DNA of 64,000 bases from Macrostomum hystrix (taxonomy: Eukaryota > Animalia > Platyhelminthes). Location of the stretch: assembly GCA_950097015.1 (NCBI GenBank), contig CATNEN010000007.1:4588001-4652000 (forward strand). Direction: 5' to 3'. Position numbers and translations under genes: made by a program. The notes beneath the pieces are model-generated. The model saw only the letters and a list, made by a program, of their open reading frames with translations. It ran no database searches and was not told where the DNA came from. Each line of letters starts with the position of its first letter. Positions within the stretch are counted from its first letter, which is position 1. Below, piece by piece: positions 1 through 12,086 of the stretch.

Positions 1-295
1 AATTGCTTCAATTCCTTTTATTTAAGAGAAAAATGCTTTGTCGTTTTGCTTCATTTTCTAGATAAGCTGTTCGTGTAGCTTAACATCAGAGAACTTTAAA
101 ATACGGAAAATGAAACTAGAAAAGGTTGACGATCTCTAAAACTTGACGATTTAGTGTTATTTCGTTAACGATAAAACATCTTGTTTCAAACCACGGACCA
201 CCAGTAGTATTTAGTTTAGAAGTCTAGAAAGTATATACTCGTAGAAGTCCTTGTGTTGAACACCAGTGTTTCCGCAATACAAAACCTAAGCTCAC

Positions 296-2231
296 CTGTC
301 TTTGAGGACACAACGGCACTGCGGAAGCACCTGAGCCGGGTCTGGTAGGACTCGATCTCACCGCCAATAAGCTTCGCGTCGGCCTGTGGCGAGTCGCTTT
401 TGCAGAACACCAGAATCTTCATGGCTGCAGTGCGAGGGTTGTCGAATTGCTGTTTTATTATAAGTATAGAATAGAATAGAATTTATTTCTGGCCAAGTTG
501 AGCGCACACACCCACGCATTTTTGTCACGCATCAAAAGGCTGTGTACGACTGTTCAGTCCATGGACTGGGAAGGCCGCCACACCCACGAAAGTTTCTTTC
601 CCATCTAACGCTAGTACCCATTTTACAGCTGGAGTAATTGAAACGATAAATAATTTTTAAGTCTCTTTCTTAAGGACACAAGAAAGTTGATCTGAGAAGC
701 GAACTCCCGACCTCTAGGTTAAAAGTGCGAAGCTCTAACGGCTGGGCTATGGTAGGGGGGGTCGGTGGCAGAGCGGTTTACGCGTTTGCCTCTCGCACCA
801 AGGACTCTAAGTTCGATTTCACGGCGAGGCCACATTTACGCTCGTATTTGTCGCTTGTCGTGCAACTTACGCCCTTGAGGGCCAACCTCCAAGGCACAGT
901 AAGAGTGTACACTGCCTGACGATGAGAAAGTCAGGTCAGATGTACACACTTGTGTGAGCGTATGCCTGCGTACAGTATCTGTGTGCGTGTGTTCTCAGGA
1001 GTCAGCGAAATGGGCAGAATTGCCTTCCCGCTGGCTGCGGATCTAGTGTCACCAAATGATGTGCCACTGCCCGTAGCCATGTTGCAACGAGTAATCAATT
1101 TGTTCTCACTTGACTTTAATTAATCGAGTCTGAATCTCAGCCCACGGAAAACCAATAATGTCCTGAGTAAGACTGGACAGTCCGGAGGGGGGTTGAAAAT
1201 TTGGTGGGTGTGGCGCCGCCCCCCCCAGTCCGTGGACTGAATAGCCATACGCAGCTAAATAAGAAAATCTTCCACTGCGCCGACAAACTTGATGCGTTTC
1301 TCACCGTCCGGAGCGTAGCACTCGGCCTCCAGATTCCAGTGCTCCAGACTGCTCACCGACTGCAAGTTAGATGCATCGGCCACCAGAATGACGCAGGTGG
1401 AGCCTCGGTAATAACTGTTCGTGAGGGACCTGTTGAAACGCTCCATGCTGCAGGTGTCGTGCAGATGCGCCTGCGGAGACGAAGTTGGACTGATGTTTTA
1501 CTGTTGCATCTTCTGTTAAAATGTGTGTTTTGCGTACTTATCGTCCGGATTACTTTTATCGAAAATGGAGACTACTTTGACAGCCTAAGCCGTACCGATG
1601 CATGCTCTCAGAGTTTTCAGAGTTTTCCACCAACCTGATTAGTAGAAGGAAATGCTTGCCTCTGCCCCAGCGCGCTGATTGGTCAGCGAGGGAGTTGGGG
1701 TGGGTGGGGTCGGTGTGGGGTAGGCAGGGGTATGAGGTGTTGTGCGGAGGTGTTGGCTTGGGTATGTGGGGGTCGGTGTGAGGGGTGTGTGGGGTATGTG
1801 GGGGTAATAGAATACCCACCCACTCCCTCGCCGACCAATCAGGGCGCTGGGCAGAGTAAAGCATTTTCCTACTACTCTGATTTATCAAGCTTTCGGTCCA
1901 GCGTTGTCCTGACGTCCTTGACTCTCTGTGCTCATTGGCTTTTCTTAATTCCAACAAATACTTCGATTGCTAATCAATTTAAAAACAAAATTCAAACCTT
2001 AGTATTGTCCGGCAGTCTGATGATTGTCGATGGAGCTGAACTAGGAGAAATTTGTGTCGCAGGTGTCTGCCACGCTTCAGGATTAGCTTCGTCGTAGTAC
2101 ACGCCTCGTGCCAGCCGGTGAAACAGGACTGTTTTGCCCGAACCGAAGTCTCCAAGGAGCACCAGCTTTGGCGGCCTTCCTGTCGCCAGAGCCGGCATCT
2201 CCGGGTGGACGGTGGACTTGGAAGAGGACAT
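296..2231 (-). CDS. Rab-like small GTPase, spliced (exons 2231-1998, 1470-1305, 424-296; probably continues beyond the window start, or reads through to the stop at 216)
   Basis: G1 GDFGSGKT, G3-like HDTCSMERF, SLTNSYYRG (RabF-like), G4-like CKSD and G5-like SSK. Introns are GT-AG with matching phases (0, then 1). A further AG acceptor lies just upstream at 2261-2260. Confidence 0.8.
539..752 (-). mobile_element. tRNA-derived SINE, family 2 (tRNA-Lys-like head)
   Basis: The minus-strand head TAGCCCAGCCGTTAGAGC...CTTTTAA...GGGAGTTCGCTTC has A/B-box-like motifs. The tail with palindrome CAGTCCATGGACTG is shared, with minor variation, with the copies at 3175, 9972 and 36296. Confidence 0.6.
754..1090 (+). 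mobile_element. tRNA-derived SINE, family 1
   Basis: A box GTGGCAGAGCGG and B box GTTCGATT. The body is shared with copies at about 3310, 21952, 36822 and 47710. Confidence 0.75.
1641..1876. mobile_element. Miniature inverted-repeat element with Polinton/Maverick-like termini
   Basis: Imperfect TIRs of about 70 bp beginning AGTAG and ending ACTACT, flanked by a 6-bp direct repeat CTGATT (1635-1640 and 1877-1882). Confidence 0.65.
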
Positions 2232-2298
2232 TGCTGTAGAGGAGGCTGTCTTTGACACCCTGAAATTCGATTTATGCTAGACTTATTTCCTGGCCGTA

Positions 2299-2511
2299 CA
2301 TGATGCTACTCCTACCAGCTCAGTACTGACATGATGCTACTCCTACCAGCTCAGTACTGACCTGATGCTACTCCTACCAGCTCAGTACTGACATGATGCT
2401 ACTCCTACCAGCTCAGTACTGACATGATGCTACTCCTACCAGCTCAGTACTGACATGATGCTACTCCTACCAGCTCAGTACTGACATGATGCTACTCCTA
2501 CCAGCTCAGTA
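2299..2511. repeat. 31-bp minisatellite, about 7 copies
   Basis: Unit CATGATGCTACTCCTACCAGCTCAGTACTGA. Confidence 0.95.
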
Positions 2512-3309
2512 TATCCGCACAAATACAGTACAATGTCTTACTGTGCCGTCACAAGGGCCTGAAGAAACTGCTGACGCTCGTGCTGATCCTCTCTTACGGA
2601 GCAATCTCTGACTGATTAAAGGGTCGCTTTTGCATTTTTTACCCGTATATATAGTTTCTCGCACTGTAGGCGGTTGAGTCCTCCCCAATTATAGTCACTT
2701 GTGAGCGGCCCAGGTTGTTGAGGCTCTAAATGCGGATTGTGCTGTATTTTTTGTCACATTTGGGTCAGTGGTGTTTCAGAGCTTGTGAGGCCGCTTGTGA
2801 GCTCCTTATCAGCCGCTGCCCCCTTCCGCTAGCTCCACAGTCCGCCTACAGCGAGTCACTTGGATCAGGTGTAAGAAGAAAATATAGCAGGTCTATTTAA
2901 AGTTGCACGGGTTCTTATTTTTTAAGTTTCACATCCTGCAGAAATAAACACAAAATGTCAGCACCACCCGAGGGTGCGGTTTGGCCTACAATGGTTAAAC
3001 GGTGGCTGGCTCACGCATTAGCTAAATACGAATTCACCAATGAGCATTTTACCCGCCACATCCTTCTGGCCAGAGACACCAAGTCCAATTCCAACAAATG
3101 CGCTCATCCTCCACCGAACTCAAATTAAAACACACTCAAGTAGCCGCAGCTATTTTGCGGCCATCCGAAGACGGTGTACAGCTGTTCAGTCCATGGACAA
3201 AGTAGGCTTTAACACTCACTAAAATTCTGCCATAACTAATGCTGGTAACAATTCTACAGGTGGGGTAACTGGTGATGCACTGAGGAATTAAGTGTCAAGC
3301 TTTAACCAA

Positions 3310-3520
3310 ACTCTGAGCACTCATACAGGTGTGTACACTTGCCTTGACTTTCTAAAGTTTCTCATTGTCAGGCAGTGTGCACCATCACTGTGCCTTCTAG
3401 CTTGCATTGCTGTAAGTCGCATGACAGGCCTCTCCGCGGCTGCGCCCCAAATGAGATTGGCCTCGCCTGCGGATTCGAGCGCAGGGACCAGTGAGAGCCG
3501 GCTGGAGCAATTGGCCGGGC
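3310..3520 (-). mobile_element. Diverged SINE family 1 copy, preceded by a family 2 tail fragment at about 3175-3275
   Basis: The reverse complement contains GGCGAGGCCA...TTTGGGGCGCAGCCGCGGAGAG and GTGTACACACCTGT, shared with the 47710 copy. Confidence 0.55.
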
Positions 3521-4129
3521 AGCTCAAATTCTCACAATTTCCTGACATCAAGGGGCAGAAGGAAAACTGCTTAATAGCCAAAGTGGACTCTAACGATTCA
3601 CACAGCTACTGACGCATGCGTGTCTAGGGTATTACATTTTTTAAGAAGAAAACATATTTTAGTAAATGTTTGATTTTCGAGTGCATAGGCCAAAGTGTGG
3701 CCCCGAGATAATGACAACGATAGGAGCGATCTCATGATCTGTGCCTGCAGTTTACATAATAGCAAACCAAAGAGTAACCTGAGCTGTTACAGATAAGGTC
3801 TAACATGAGAGTTGGGCATTCTGCCATCGGCTCATCAGAAGCTATTGCCCCATTTAAATAATTTCTTGAGTCCATTTTTTAGCCGCCAACCGAACTACTT
3901 AGCGAAATAAAAGTTTAATTGCTAGATTTGAATTTACCACAGTCTCAACTACTGTAAGTAGCACACGAGTTTTTTACTTCTGATTACTTCTAATGCCCAG
4001 AAGTTTTTTACTTCTGTGTGGCATAGCTTAAAAAAGTGAGAATGGGATAATATTAGTGTGACTGGGGATATGGGATGACTATGGCTGACGATTCTTGGGA
4101 AGACAAATAACAATAGAGTATTTTTGGAT

Positions 4130-4425
4130 CAGTCATGTTCATGTATGCTGGGTCATTCGTAGATGTTGGGTCATTCATGTATGCTGGGTCATTCATGGAT
4201 AATGGGTCATTCATGGATGTTGGGTCATTCATGTATGCTGGGTCATTCATGGATAATGGGTCATTCATGGATAATGGGTCATTCGTAGATGTTGGGTCAT
4301 TCGTAGATGCTGGGTCATTCATGGATGTTGGGTCATTCGTAGATGCTGGGTCATTCATGGATGTTGGGTCATTCGTAGATGCTCGGTCATTCGTAGATGC
4401 TGGGTCATTCATGGATGTCGGCTCA
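4130..4425. repeat. 18-bp minisatellite
   Basis: Unit GGGTCATTCATGGATGTT and variants. Confidence 0.9.
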
Positions 4426-4645
4426 ATCGGGTATTCAAGGGCAGAAAGTTGCTCTATCGAATGCGCCGACAAACAGCTTACACTTTTATCATGCTGTTTG
4501 GCGATAGGCGATTCACAGTTCGCAAGTTAAATTAACTGTTTGTGGCGAAGGAGTTGCACGCTATCTTTTAATTATAGCCCATTGAGCCACATATAAGAGC
4601 AAAATGATCGTGACAAGATAATTATAATCTCTCTTGCAAGCAATA

Positions 4646-4764
<119 letters not shown>

Positions 4765-5104
4765 CATCTGATTCTCGTAGCATTTATTGTAAATGCTATT
4801 TTAGCATTGAGGTCTCTGCTCAGCATTGTGTATTGGGCATAAAAGAGGAAAGGCGAAAAAAAGAAATTGACAAGAACTTGAGAACCTGCAGCTTCTGCAA
4901 GTATTAGACTTGAGCATCCTGTATGACGCATCGGACAGCAGCTCAGTGCCTTCCTGAAGCAGCAATATATTCTCCGCTGAATGCTGATCAAAGGAATGCC
5001 TCGTAGCTGCCTCTGGCTTTGAACGTTTGTTACGAGCTTCAGCAATGCAAAAATAACTTGCTATATCCGCCCATACCCACCCACGCAGTTCGCATCCGCT
5101 CGCC

Positions 5105-5850
5105 CAATCTCCATCCACCCCATCTCCATCTCCATCCACCCATCTCCATCTCCTTCCACCCATCTCCATCCACCCATCTCCATCCACCCATCTCCATCCA
5201 CCCATCTCCATCCACCCATCTCCATCCACCCATCTCCATCCACCTATCTCCATCCACCCATCTCCATCCACCCATCTCCATCCACCCATCTCCATCCACC
5301 CATCTCCATCCACCCATCTGCTTCCACCCCATCTCCATCTCCTTCCACCCCCATCTCCATCTTCATCCACCCCATCTCCATCTCCTTCCACCCCATCTCC
5401 ATCTCCTTCCATCCCCATCTCCATCTTCATCCGCCCCATCTCCATCTCCTTCCATACCCATCTCCTTCTCCTTCCACCCCATCTCCGTCTCCTTCCATAC
5501 CCATCTCCTTCTCCTTCCACCCCATCCCATCTCCTTCCACCCCATTCCATCTCCTTCCACCCCATCCCATCTCCTTCCACCCCATCCCATCTTCATCCGC
5601 CCCATCTCCATCCGCCCCATCCTCATCCGCCCTATCGCCATCCGCCCTGTCTCCATCCGCCCCATCTCCATCTCCTTCCACCCCCATCTCCATCTTCATC
5701 CGCCCCATCTCCATCTCCTTCCACCCCATTCCATCTCCTTCCACCCCATCCCATCTTCATCCGCCCCATCTTCATCCGCCCCATCTTCATCCGCCCCATC
5801 TTCATCCGCCCTATCGCCATCCGCCCTGTCTCCATCCCGCCTCTTCGCCC
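5105..5850. repeat. C-rich low-complexity repeat (CCATCT / CCACC units)
   Basis: Nearly G-free plus strand built from CCATCTCCATCCACC-like units. Confidence 0.9.
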
Positions 5851-6714
5851 AGCTGGCAGCCTCATGATATTCCTTTAGGCCTTTGAATAAGGCACAAAAT
5901 GTCTCTTTTGTTCTCTCATCGCCTTTTCGCCAGCTCCTCCCTCCCCCTCCTTGCCAGCCTGTCTGGCCGCAGAGCCACTCAAAAATGCAAGTGTAAATAC
6001 CGAAAGCGGTGCTTAAAGTGGCAAGCAGCCGCAGTACCCAAACAGAAGTATACCAGAGTTGAAACCAGCATCAAATTGAAATGGCTGAATTATGAATGCA
6101 CTGGGAGGAGAGAAGCTATGAGGTTGATGCGGAGCGGATACAGACTCTATTCTCCTTGAATGCCAGGATATGCTCTAAATTCCTTTCTTGGGAGTCACTA
6201 ACTCGGCACAGCGCTTCAACTGCAGATTTTTGGAATTTGAGAAATTAGTGATTTTGTTTAAATGGCAGTTACCGTAAAATTCTCGAAAGAATGAACTCGA
6301 GGTGAGTTTAGGCTAGCAACACGTTCACTCTAATTAATAATAGTAACAGTTGACTAGCAACCAACACCCCCTTTGGGGGAAGAAAATCACGCCGTATAGA
6401 GGAGAAAAAATGATCAACAAGATTGAACTTGAATGCCATACTTATATCTTCTCGATATTGCAATCATGCTGCCCCTTTCATATATCATGCCATCCTTCGA
6501 CAAAGCATGCAACCCCCTCGACAAAGCATGCCTTCTCAACCTTCTCAAAAAAGCTTGCCACCCCTCGATAATTAATGCTCCCGTCAAATTATGCGACTCT
6601 TAACATTGAATGAAGTTTCCGCAATAATTGACGCTGTTCCCTCGAAAATGTATGCTTTCCGTCAATAATATATGCTGCACCCTAAATTAATTATGCTGCC
6701 CCATTGACAAATTA

Positions 6715-9700
6715 ATTCGATAATTCATGCTTCCCCCCAGGATAATTCATACTTCCCCCCAGGATAATTCATACTTCCCCCCAGGATAATTCATACTTCC
6801 CCCCAGGATAATTCATACTTCCCCCCAGGATAATTCATGCTTCCCCCCAGGATAATTCATGCTTCCCCTCAATAATTCATGCTTCCCCTCGATAATTCAT
6901 GCTTTCCCTCGTTAATTCATGCTTTCCCCAGGATAATTCATGCTTCCCCTCGTTAATTCATGCTTTCCCCAGGATAATTCATGCTTCCCCTCGTTAATTC
7001 ATGCTTTCCCCAGGATAATTCATGCTTCCCCTCGTTAATTCATGCTTTCTCCAGAATAATTCATGCTTCCCCTCGTTAATTCATGCTTTCCCCAGGATAA
7101 TTCATGCTTCCCCTCGTTAATTCATGCTTTCCCCAGGATAATTCATGCTTCCCCCCATGTTAATTCATGCTTTCCCCAGGATAATTCATGCTTCCCCTCG
7201 TTAATTCATGCTTTCTCCAGAATAATTCATGCTTCCCCCCATGTTAATTCATGCTTTCCCCAGGATGATTCATGCTTCCCCCAGGATGATTCATGCTTCC
7301 CCCAGGATGATTCATGCTTTCCCCAGGATGATTCATGCTTTCCCCAGGATGATTCATGCTTTCCCCAGGATGATTCATGCTTTCCCCAGGATGATTCATG
7401 CTTTCCCCAGGATGATTCATGCTTTCCCCAGGATGAGTCATGCTTCCCCCAGGATGAGTCATGCTTCCCCCAGGATGAGTCATGCTTCCCCCAGGATGAT
7501 TCATGCTTTCCCCAGGATGATTCATGCTTTCCCCAGGATGAGTCATGCTTCCCCCAGGATGATTCATGCTTCCCCCAGGATGATTCATGCTTTCCCCAGG
7601 ATGATTCATGCTTTCCCCAGGATGATTCATGCTTTCCCCAGGATGAGTCATGCTTCCCCCAGGATGAGTCATGCTTTCCCCAGGATGAGTCATGCTTCCC
7701 CCAGGATGATTCATGCTTTCCCCAGGATGATTCATGCTTTCCCCAGGATGATTCATGCTTTCCCCAGGATGATTCATGCTTTCCCCAGGATGATTCATGC
7801 TTTCCCCAGGATGAGTCATGCTTCCCCCAGGATGAGTCATGCTTTCCCCAGGATGAGTCATGCTTCCCCCAGGATGATTCATGCTTTCCCCAGGATGATT
7901 CATGCTTTCCCCAGGATGATTCATGCTTTCCCCAGGATGATTCATGCTTTCCCCAGGATGATTCATGCTTTCCCCAGGATGAGTCATGCTTCCCCCAGGA
8001 TGAGTCATGCTTCCCCCAGGATGATTCATGCTTTCCCCAGGATGAGTCATGCTTCCCCCAGGATAATTCATGCTTTCCGCAGGATAATTCATGCTTCCCC
8101 TCGATAATTCATGCTTCTCCCAGGATAATTCATGCTTCCCCCAGGATAATTCATGCTTTCCCCAGGATAATTCATGCTTTCCCCAGGATAATTCATGCTT
8201 CCCAGGATAGTTCATGCTTCCCCCAGGATAATTCATGCTTTCCCCAGGATAATTCATGCTTCCCCCAGGATAATTCATGCTTTCCTCGATAACTTATGCT
8301 TCCCCCAGGATAATTCATGCTTCCCCTCGTTAATTCATGCTTTCCGCATGATAATTCATGCTTCCCACAGGATAATTCATGCTTCCCCCAGGATAATTCA
8401 TGCTTTCCGCAGGATAATTCATGCTTCCCCCAGGATAATTCATGCTTTCCGCAGGATAATTCATGCTTCCCCCAGGATAATTCATGCTTTCCCCAGGATA
8501 ATTCATGCTTCCCCCTCGATAATTCATGCTTCCCCCAGGATAATTCATGCTTTCCGCAGGATAATTCATGCTTCCCCCAGGATAATTCATGCTTTCCCCA
8601 GGATAATTCATGCTTCCCCCAGGATAATTCATGCTTCCCCCAGGATAATTCATGCTTTCCCCAGGATAATTCATACTTCCCCCAGGATAATTCATGCTTC
8701 CCCCAGGATAATTCATGCTTTCCCCAGGATAATTCATGCTTCCCCCAGGATAATTCATGCTTCCCCCAGGATAATTCATGCTTTCCCCAGGATAATTCAT
8801 GCTTTCCCCAGGATAATTCATGCTTTCCCCAGGATAATTCATGCTTCTCCTCGTTAATTCATGCTTCCCCTCGTTAATTCATGCTTTCCGCAGGATAATT
8901 CATGCTTCCCCCAGGATAATTCATGTTTTTCCCCAGGATAATTCATGCTTCCCCCAGGATAATTCATGTTTTTCCCCAGGATAATTCACGCTTCCCCCTC
9001 GTTAATTCATGCTTCCCATCAATATTTCATGCTTCCCCTCGATAATTTATACTTTTCCCTCGATAATTCATGCTTCCCCCAGGATAATTCAAGCTTCCCC
9101 CAGGATGATTCATGCTTTCCTCGATAACTTATGCTTCCCCCAGGATAATTCATGCTTCCCATCGTTAATTCATGCTTTCCCTCGATAATTCATGCTTCCA
9201 CCAGGATATTCATGCTTCCCCCAGGATAATTCATGTTTTCCCCAGGATAATTCATGCTTCCCCCTCGTTAATTCATGCTTCCCATCAATATTTCATGCTT
9301 CCCCTCGATAATTTATACTTTTCCCTCGTTAATTCATGTTTCCCCCTCGATAATTCATGCTTCCCCCAGGATAATTCATGCTTCCCCTCGTTAATTCATG
9401 CTTTCTCCAGAATAATTTATGCTTCCCCTCGATAATTCATGCTTCCCCCTCGATAATTCATGCTTTCCCCAGGATAGTTCATGCTTCCCCTCGATATTTC
9501 ATGCTTTCCGCAGGATAATTCATGCTTCCCCTCGTTAATTCATGCTTTCTCCAGAATAATTCATGCTTCCCCCAGGGTGATTCATGCTTCCCCCAGGATA
9601 TTTCATGCTTTCCGCAGGATAATTCATGCTTCCCCTCGTTAATTCATGCTTTCTCCAGAATAATTCATGCTTTCCCCAGGATGATTTATGCTTCCCCCAG

Positions 9701-9800
9701 GATAATTCATGCTTCTCCTCGACAAATCATGCTTTCCGCAGGATAATTTATGCTTCCCCCTCGATAATTCATGCTTCCCCCTCGATAATTCATGCTGTCC
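6715..9800. repeat. 21-bp satellite, about 3 kb, with degenerate flanks
   Basis: Unit CCCCAGGATAATTCATGCTTC/T. The central part is homogenised to a GGATGA(T/G)TC variant. Confidence 0.97.
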
Positions 9801-9971
9801 TCGATAACTTATGCTTCCCTTGATACTTCAATAACAATTCAAGTAGTTAATTTTAACCCTCTCGAAAATGCATGGTTCCTCCTCGATAATTTGTGCTACA
9901 CCACAATAAACCATGCTACCCCTCGACAATACCTGCAACACCTCTACCCCCTCAATATGAATAATTATGAA

Positions 9972-10185
9972 CTGCGCACAGCTGTTCAGTTCATGGACTT
10001 GAGGGACGCCAGACCCAACCCTCAGTTACCCCAGCTTATGCTGTCACCCATTGAACAGCTGGGTGAACTGAAGCAATGCAGAGTTAAGTGTCTTGCTAAA
10101 GTAAACAAATTGTTCCAGTGGAGTCGGGAATCGAACCCCTGACCTTCTAGCCATGAGTCCGACGCACTATCCAATGGGTTACAAC
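9972..10185 (-). mobile_element. tRNA-derived SINE, family 2
   Basis: Minus-strand head TGGATAGTGCGTCGGACTCATGG...GGGGTTCGATTCCC plus the shared tail. Confidence 0.7.
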
Positions 10186-11962
10186 CTTGATTACCTCTCA
10201 ATTACTAAAAGGCACAGATTACGCACGTGGTACAGTAGTTTAAATCCAGTGTACACCCCAAGGCTGGCCTATTTTATTCTTATATTTTTTTTAGAAGTAT
10301 AATGTTATTTTTCTGCGCAGCTCTAATAGTCTATTGATTCCCCCCAGCGGTTCTACTGCGTCTAGACTTTGCTCACTTGAAGATCTGGGACTGCCTGTCA
10401 GCCTCTCCTGACCTGGGAGCCAACGATCTGCCCACCTTCAGCGTCACATCTGGTATCGATTGGGCACACCTGGCTCTTTACTACTCACCCACCCCCTAGC
10501 GCATATCTGGCGACTATTGAGTAAACTTGAGCGGGACAATCAATCCTCTTTAGCGATTCTTGTCTTCCAGGAGCATCCCCAGGTCAGAGCAGGCCACTTC
10601 TGTCCGTCTGTTTGCTCCCCCCGCTATCGTCCTTGAACACTGGAAGAATTTTGGCCCGCTTTCCTTTCCGCTGTTTTCTAGGAATTGAAGCAGTTTGAAC
10701 TTGCGCCCTACCCCCCACCAGCCCAGCTTGAGCAGCTTCTTGGGCTGGCTCGGGCTTACTCGCATCTTCCTTCCTGGCAATACAAAAGCTGGTCTGAGAG
10801 TGCGAAAATGGCGGGGCAACAACACCCACCAACGGATGACAATGCCTGCACCTGGGCCTTTTAGCCCAAAGAGAAAACTCTGATTCCATGCAGACTGCGG
10901 CTTTTCGACTCAATCTACTACAGAGGACCGGGGCTGCCATTTGGATGCTGTTTGCGATTCAAAGGCAGCAGGCAAAACTCCCCTGTTAGTGATGTGAATG
11001 CATGTAACAGACACACCTTGCAACTGAGTAGCGACTCAACTGACTAGGGCTCAGAGGGGAATTGGATTGCACCCGGCCCGGCCACCAATGGGATCTTTCA
11101 AAAGAAATAACAAACCCTGTAAAACCCCGGCCAACTCCTGGCCTGAGCTGCCACACCTCCCCCAGTATATTCTCAAACAAATCTCTACTGGCACCCGCAA
11201 GGCCTAGCGCTTCTCGAGTGGGACCAGGTGAGAATTCAACACAGGTTTCAACAAGTAAAAACGTTTCTAAGAACATCAACTGCTTCCCTGAGCCATTGTC
11301 GGTCCTAGCGAGACCGAGCGAAAAAATCCACTTCCTAATCCTAAAACATTCCTAAATCCCAATCACTACTCCCTCCATCGAGTTATCAGAATGCGCGGGG
11401 CCGCTAGGCAGCAACAATGCTCTTCCTGTTTTGCATGGCTTCCATTCAGCACCAGCCGTTGCGGGGGTGACATAATCAAAGATGCATCTTGTCAGCGGTG
11501 CTAAGTGAAAAAACTGCTCAAACAATGAGTCCAGACTCAAAGACGCCACCGTGATCAGTTCCCCTTCTACCCGCTCCCCACCCGAGTTTTTCCCACCCGC
11601 AGCCGGCTCCTAAAACTGGCTTCCGGTCGCATTGGCCAAGAAATAAAATCTGGCGCGAGCTGAGTTCCGCGAGCAAAAAAATGCCCGATCGGAGCGGCTC
11701 TCTGGCCATCCACCCCACCTGCTGAGCTCAGGTGAGAAAAAGCTCATCCCGCTGGTTTCAGCAGTCCGGAAGTTGTCGCTGAGGCTGGCGCATGCGGGGA
11801 CCGGGTGAGCAGACTCACTGGCCCCGGTAGGCAGGGGCTCCATGACAAGCCGAGCATTTGAAAGCGAGCTGGAGCTGAATGGAGCTGAAAAAAATCTTCG
11901 CGCTCTGAGATTTTCCTGTCGATCCACTCCCCACCTGTCCTGCGGCCCGGGAACACCTGGGC

Positions 11963-11969
11963 TATATAG
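11963..11969 (+). promoter_or_regulatory. Candidate TATA box of the neuropeptide gene
   Basis: TATATAG about 120 nt upstream of the ATG at 12087. Confidence 0.4.
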
Positions 11970-12086
11970 TGCCTACCTGAGCGCACTGCTGAAGCGCACG
12001 GTGAAATCTGGCGAATCTAGCAACTGCTCAATCACCAATCAATTCAGGCTATAAACTGACAGCAGACCTGAGCCTGAGCTTCAAGC

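Noticed and set aside
2662-2853. Short inverted repeat CTGTAGGCGG / CCGCCTACAG suggesting a CACTA-like MITE
   Set aside because: Only about 10-12 bp match, with no TSD and no second copy in the window.
4878-4960. LRR-like peptide LENLQLLQVLDLS
   Set aside because: It is a single short frame bounded by stops, with no further repeats or convincing splice sites.
7063-8877. Long ORFs (409, 344, 292, 220 aa) with FPQDDSC / MNYPGES repeats
   Set aside because: They are translations of a 21-bp satellite, open in several frames on both strands, with no unique domain.
10120-10185. tRNA gene (also at about 700-752, 36440-36511 and the family 1 heads)
   Set aside because: A/B boxes are present, but I could not form a full cloverleaf with an acceptor stem, and each continues into a shared repeat body. 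These are SINE heads.
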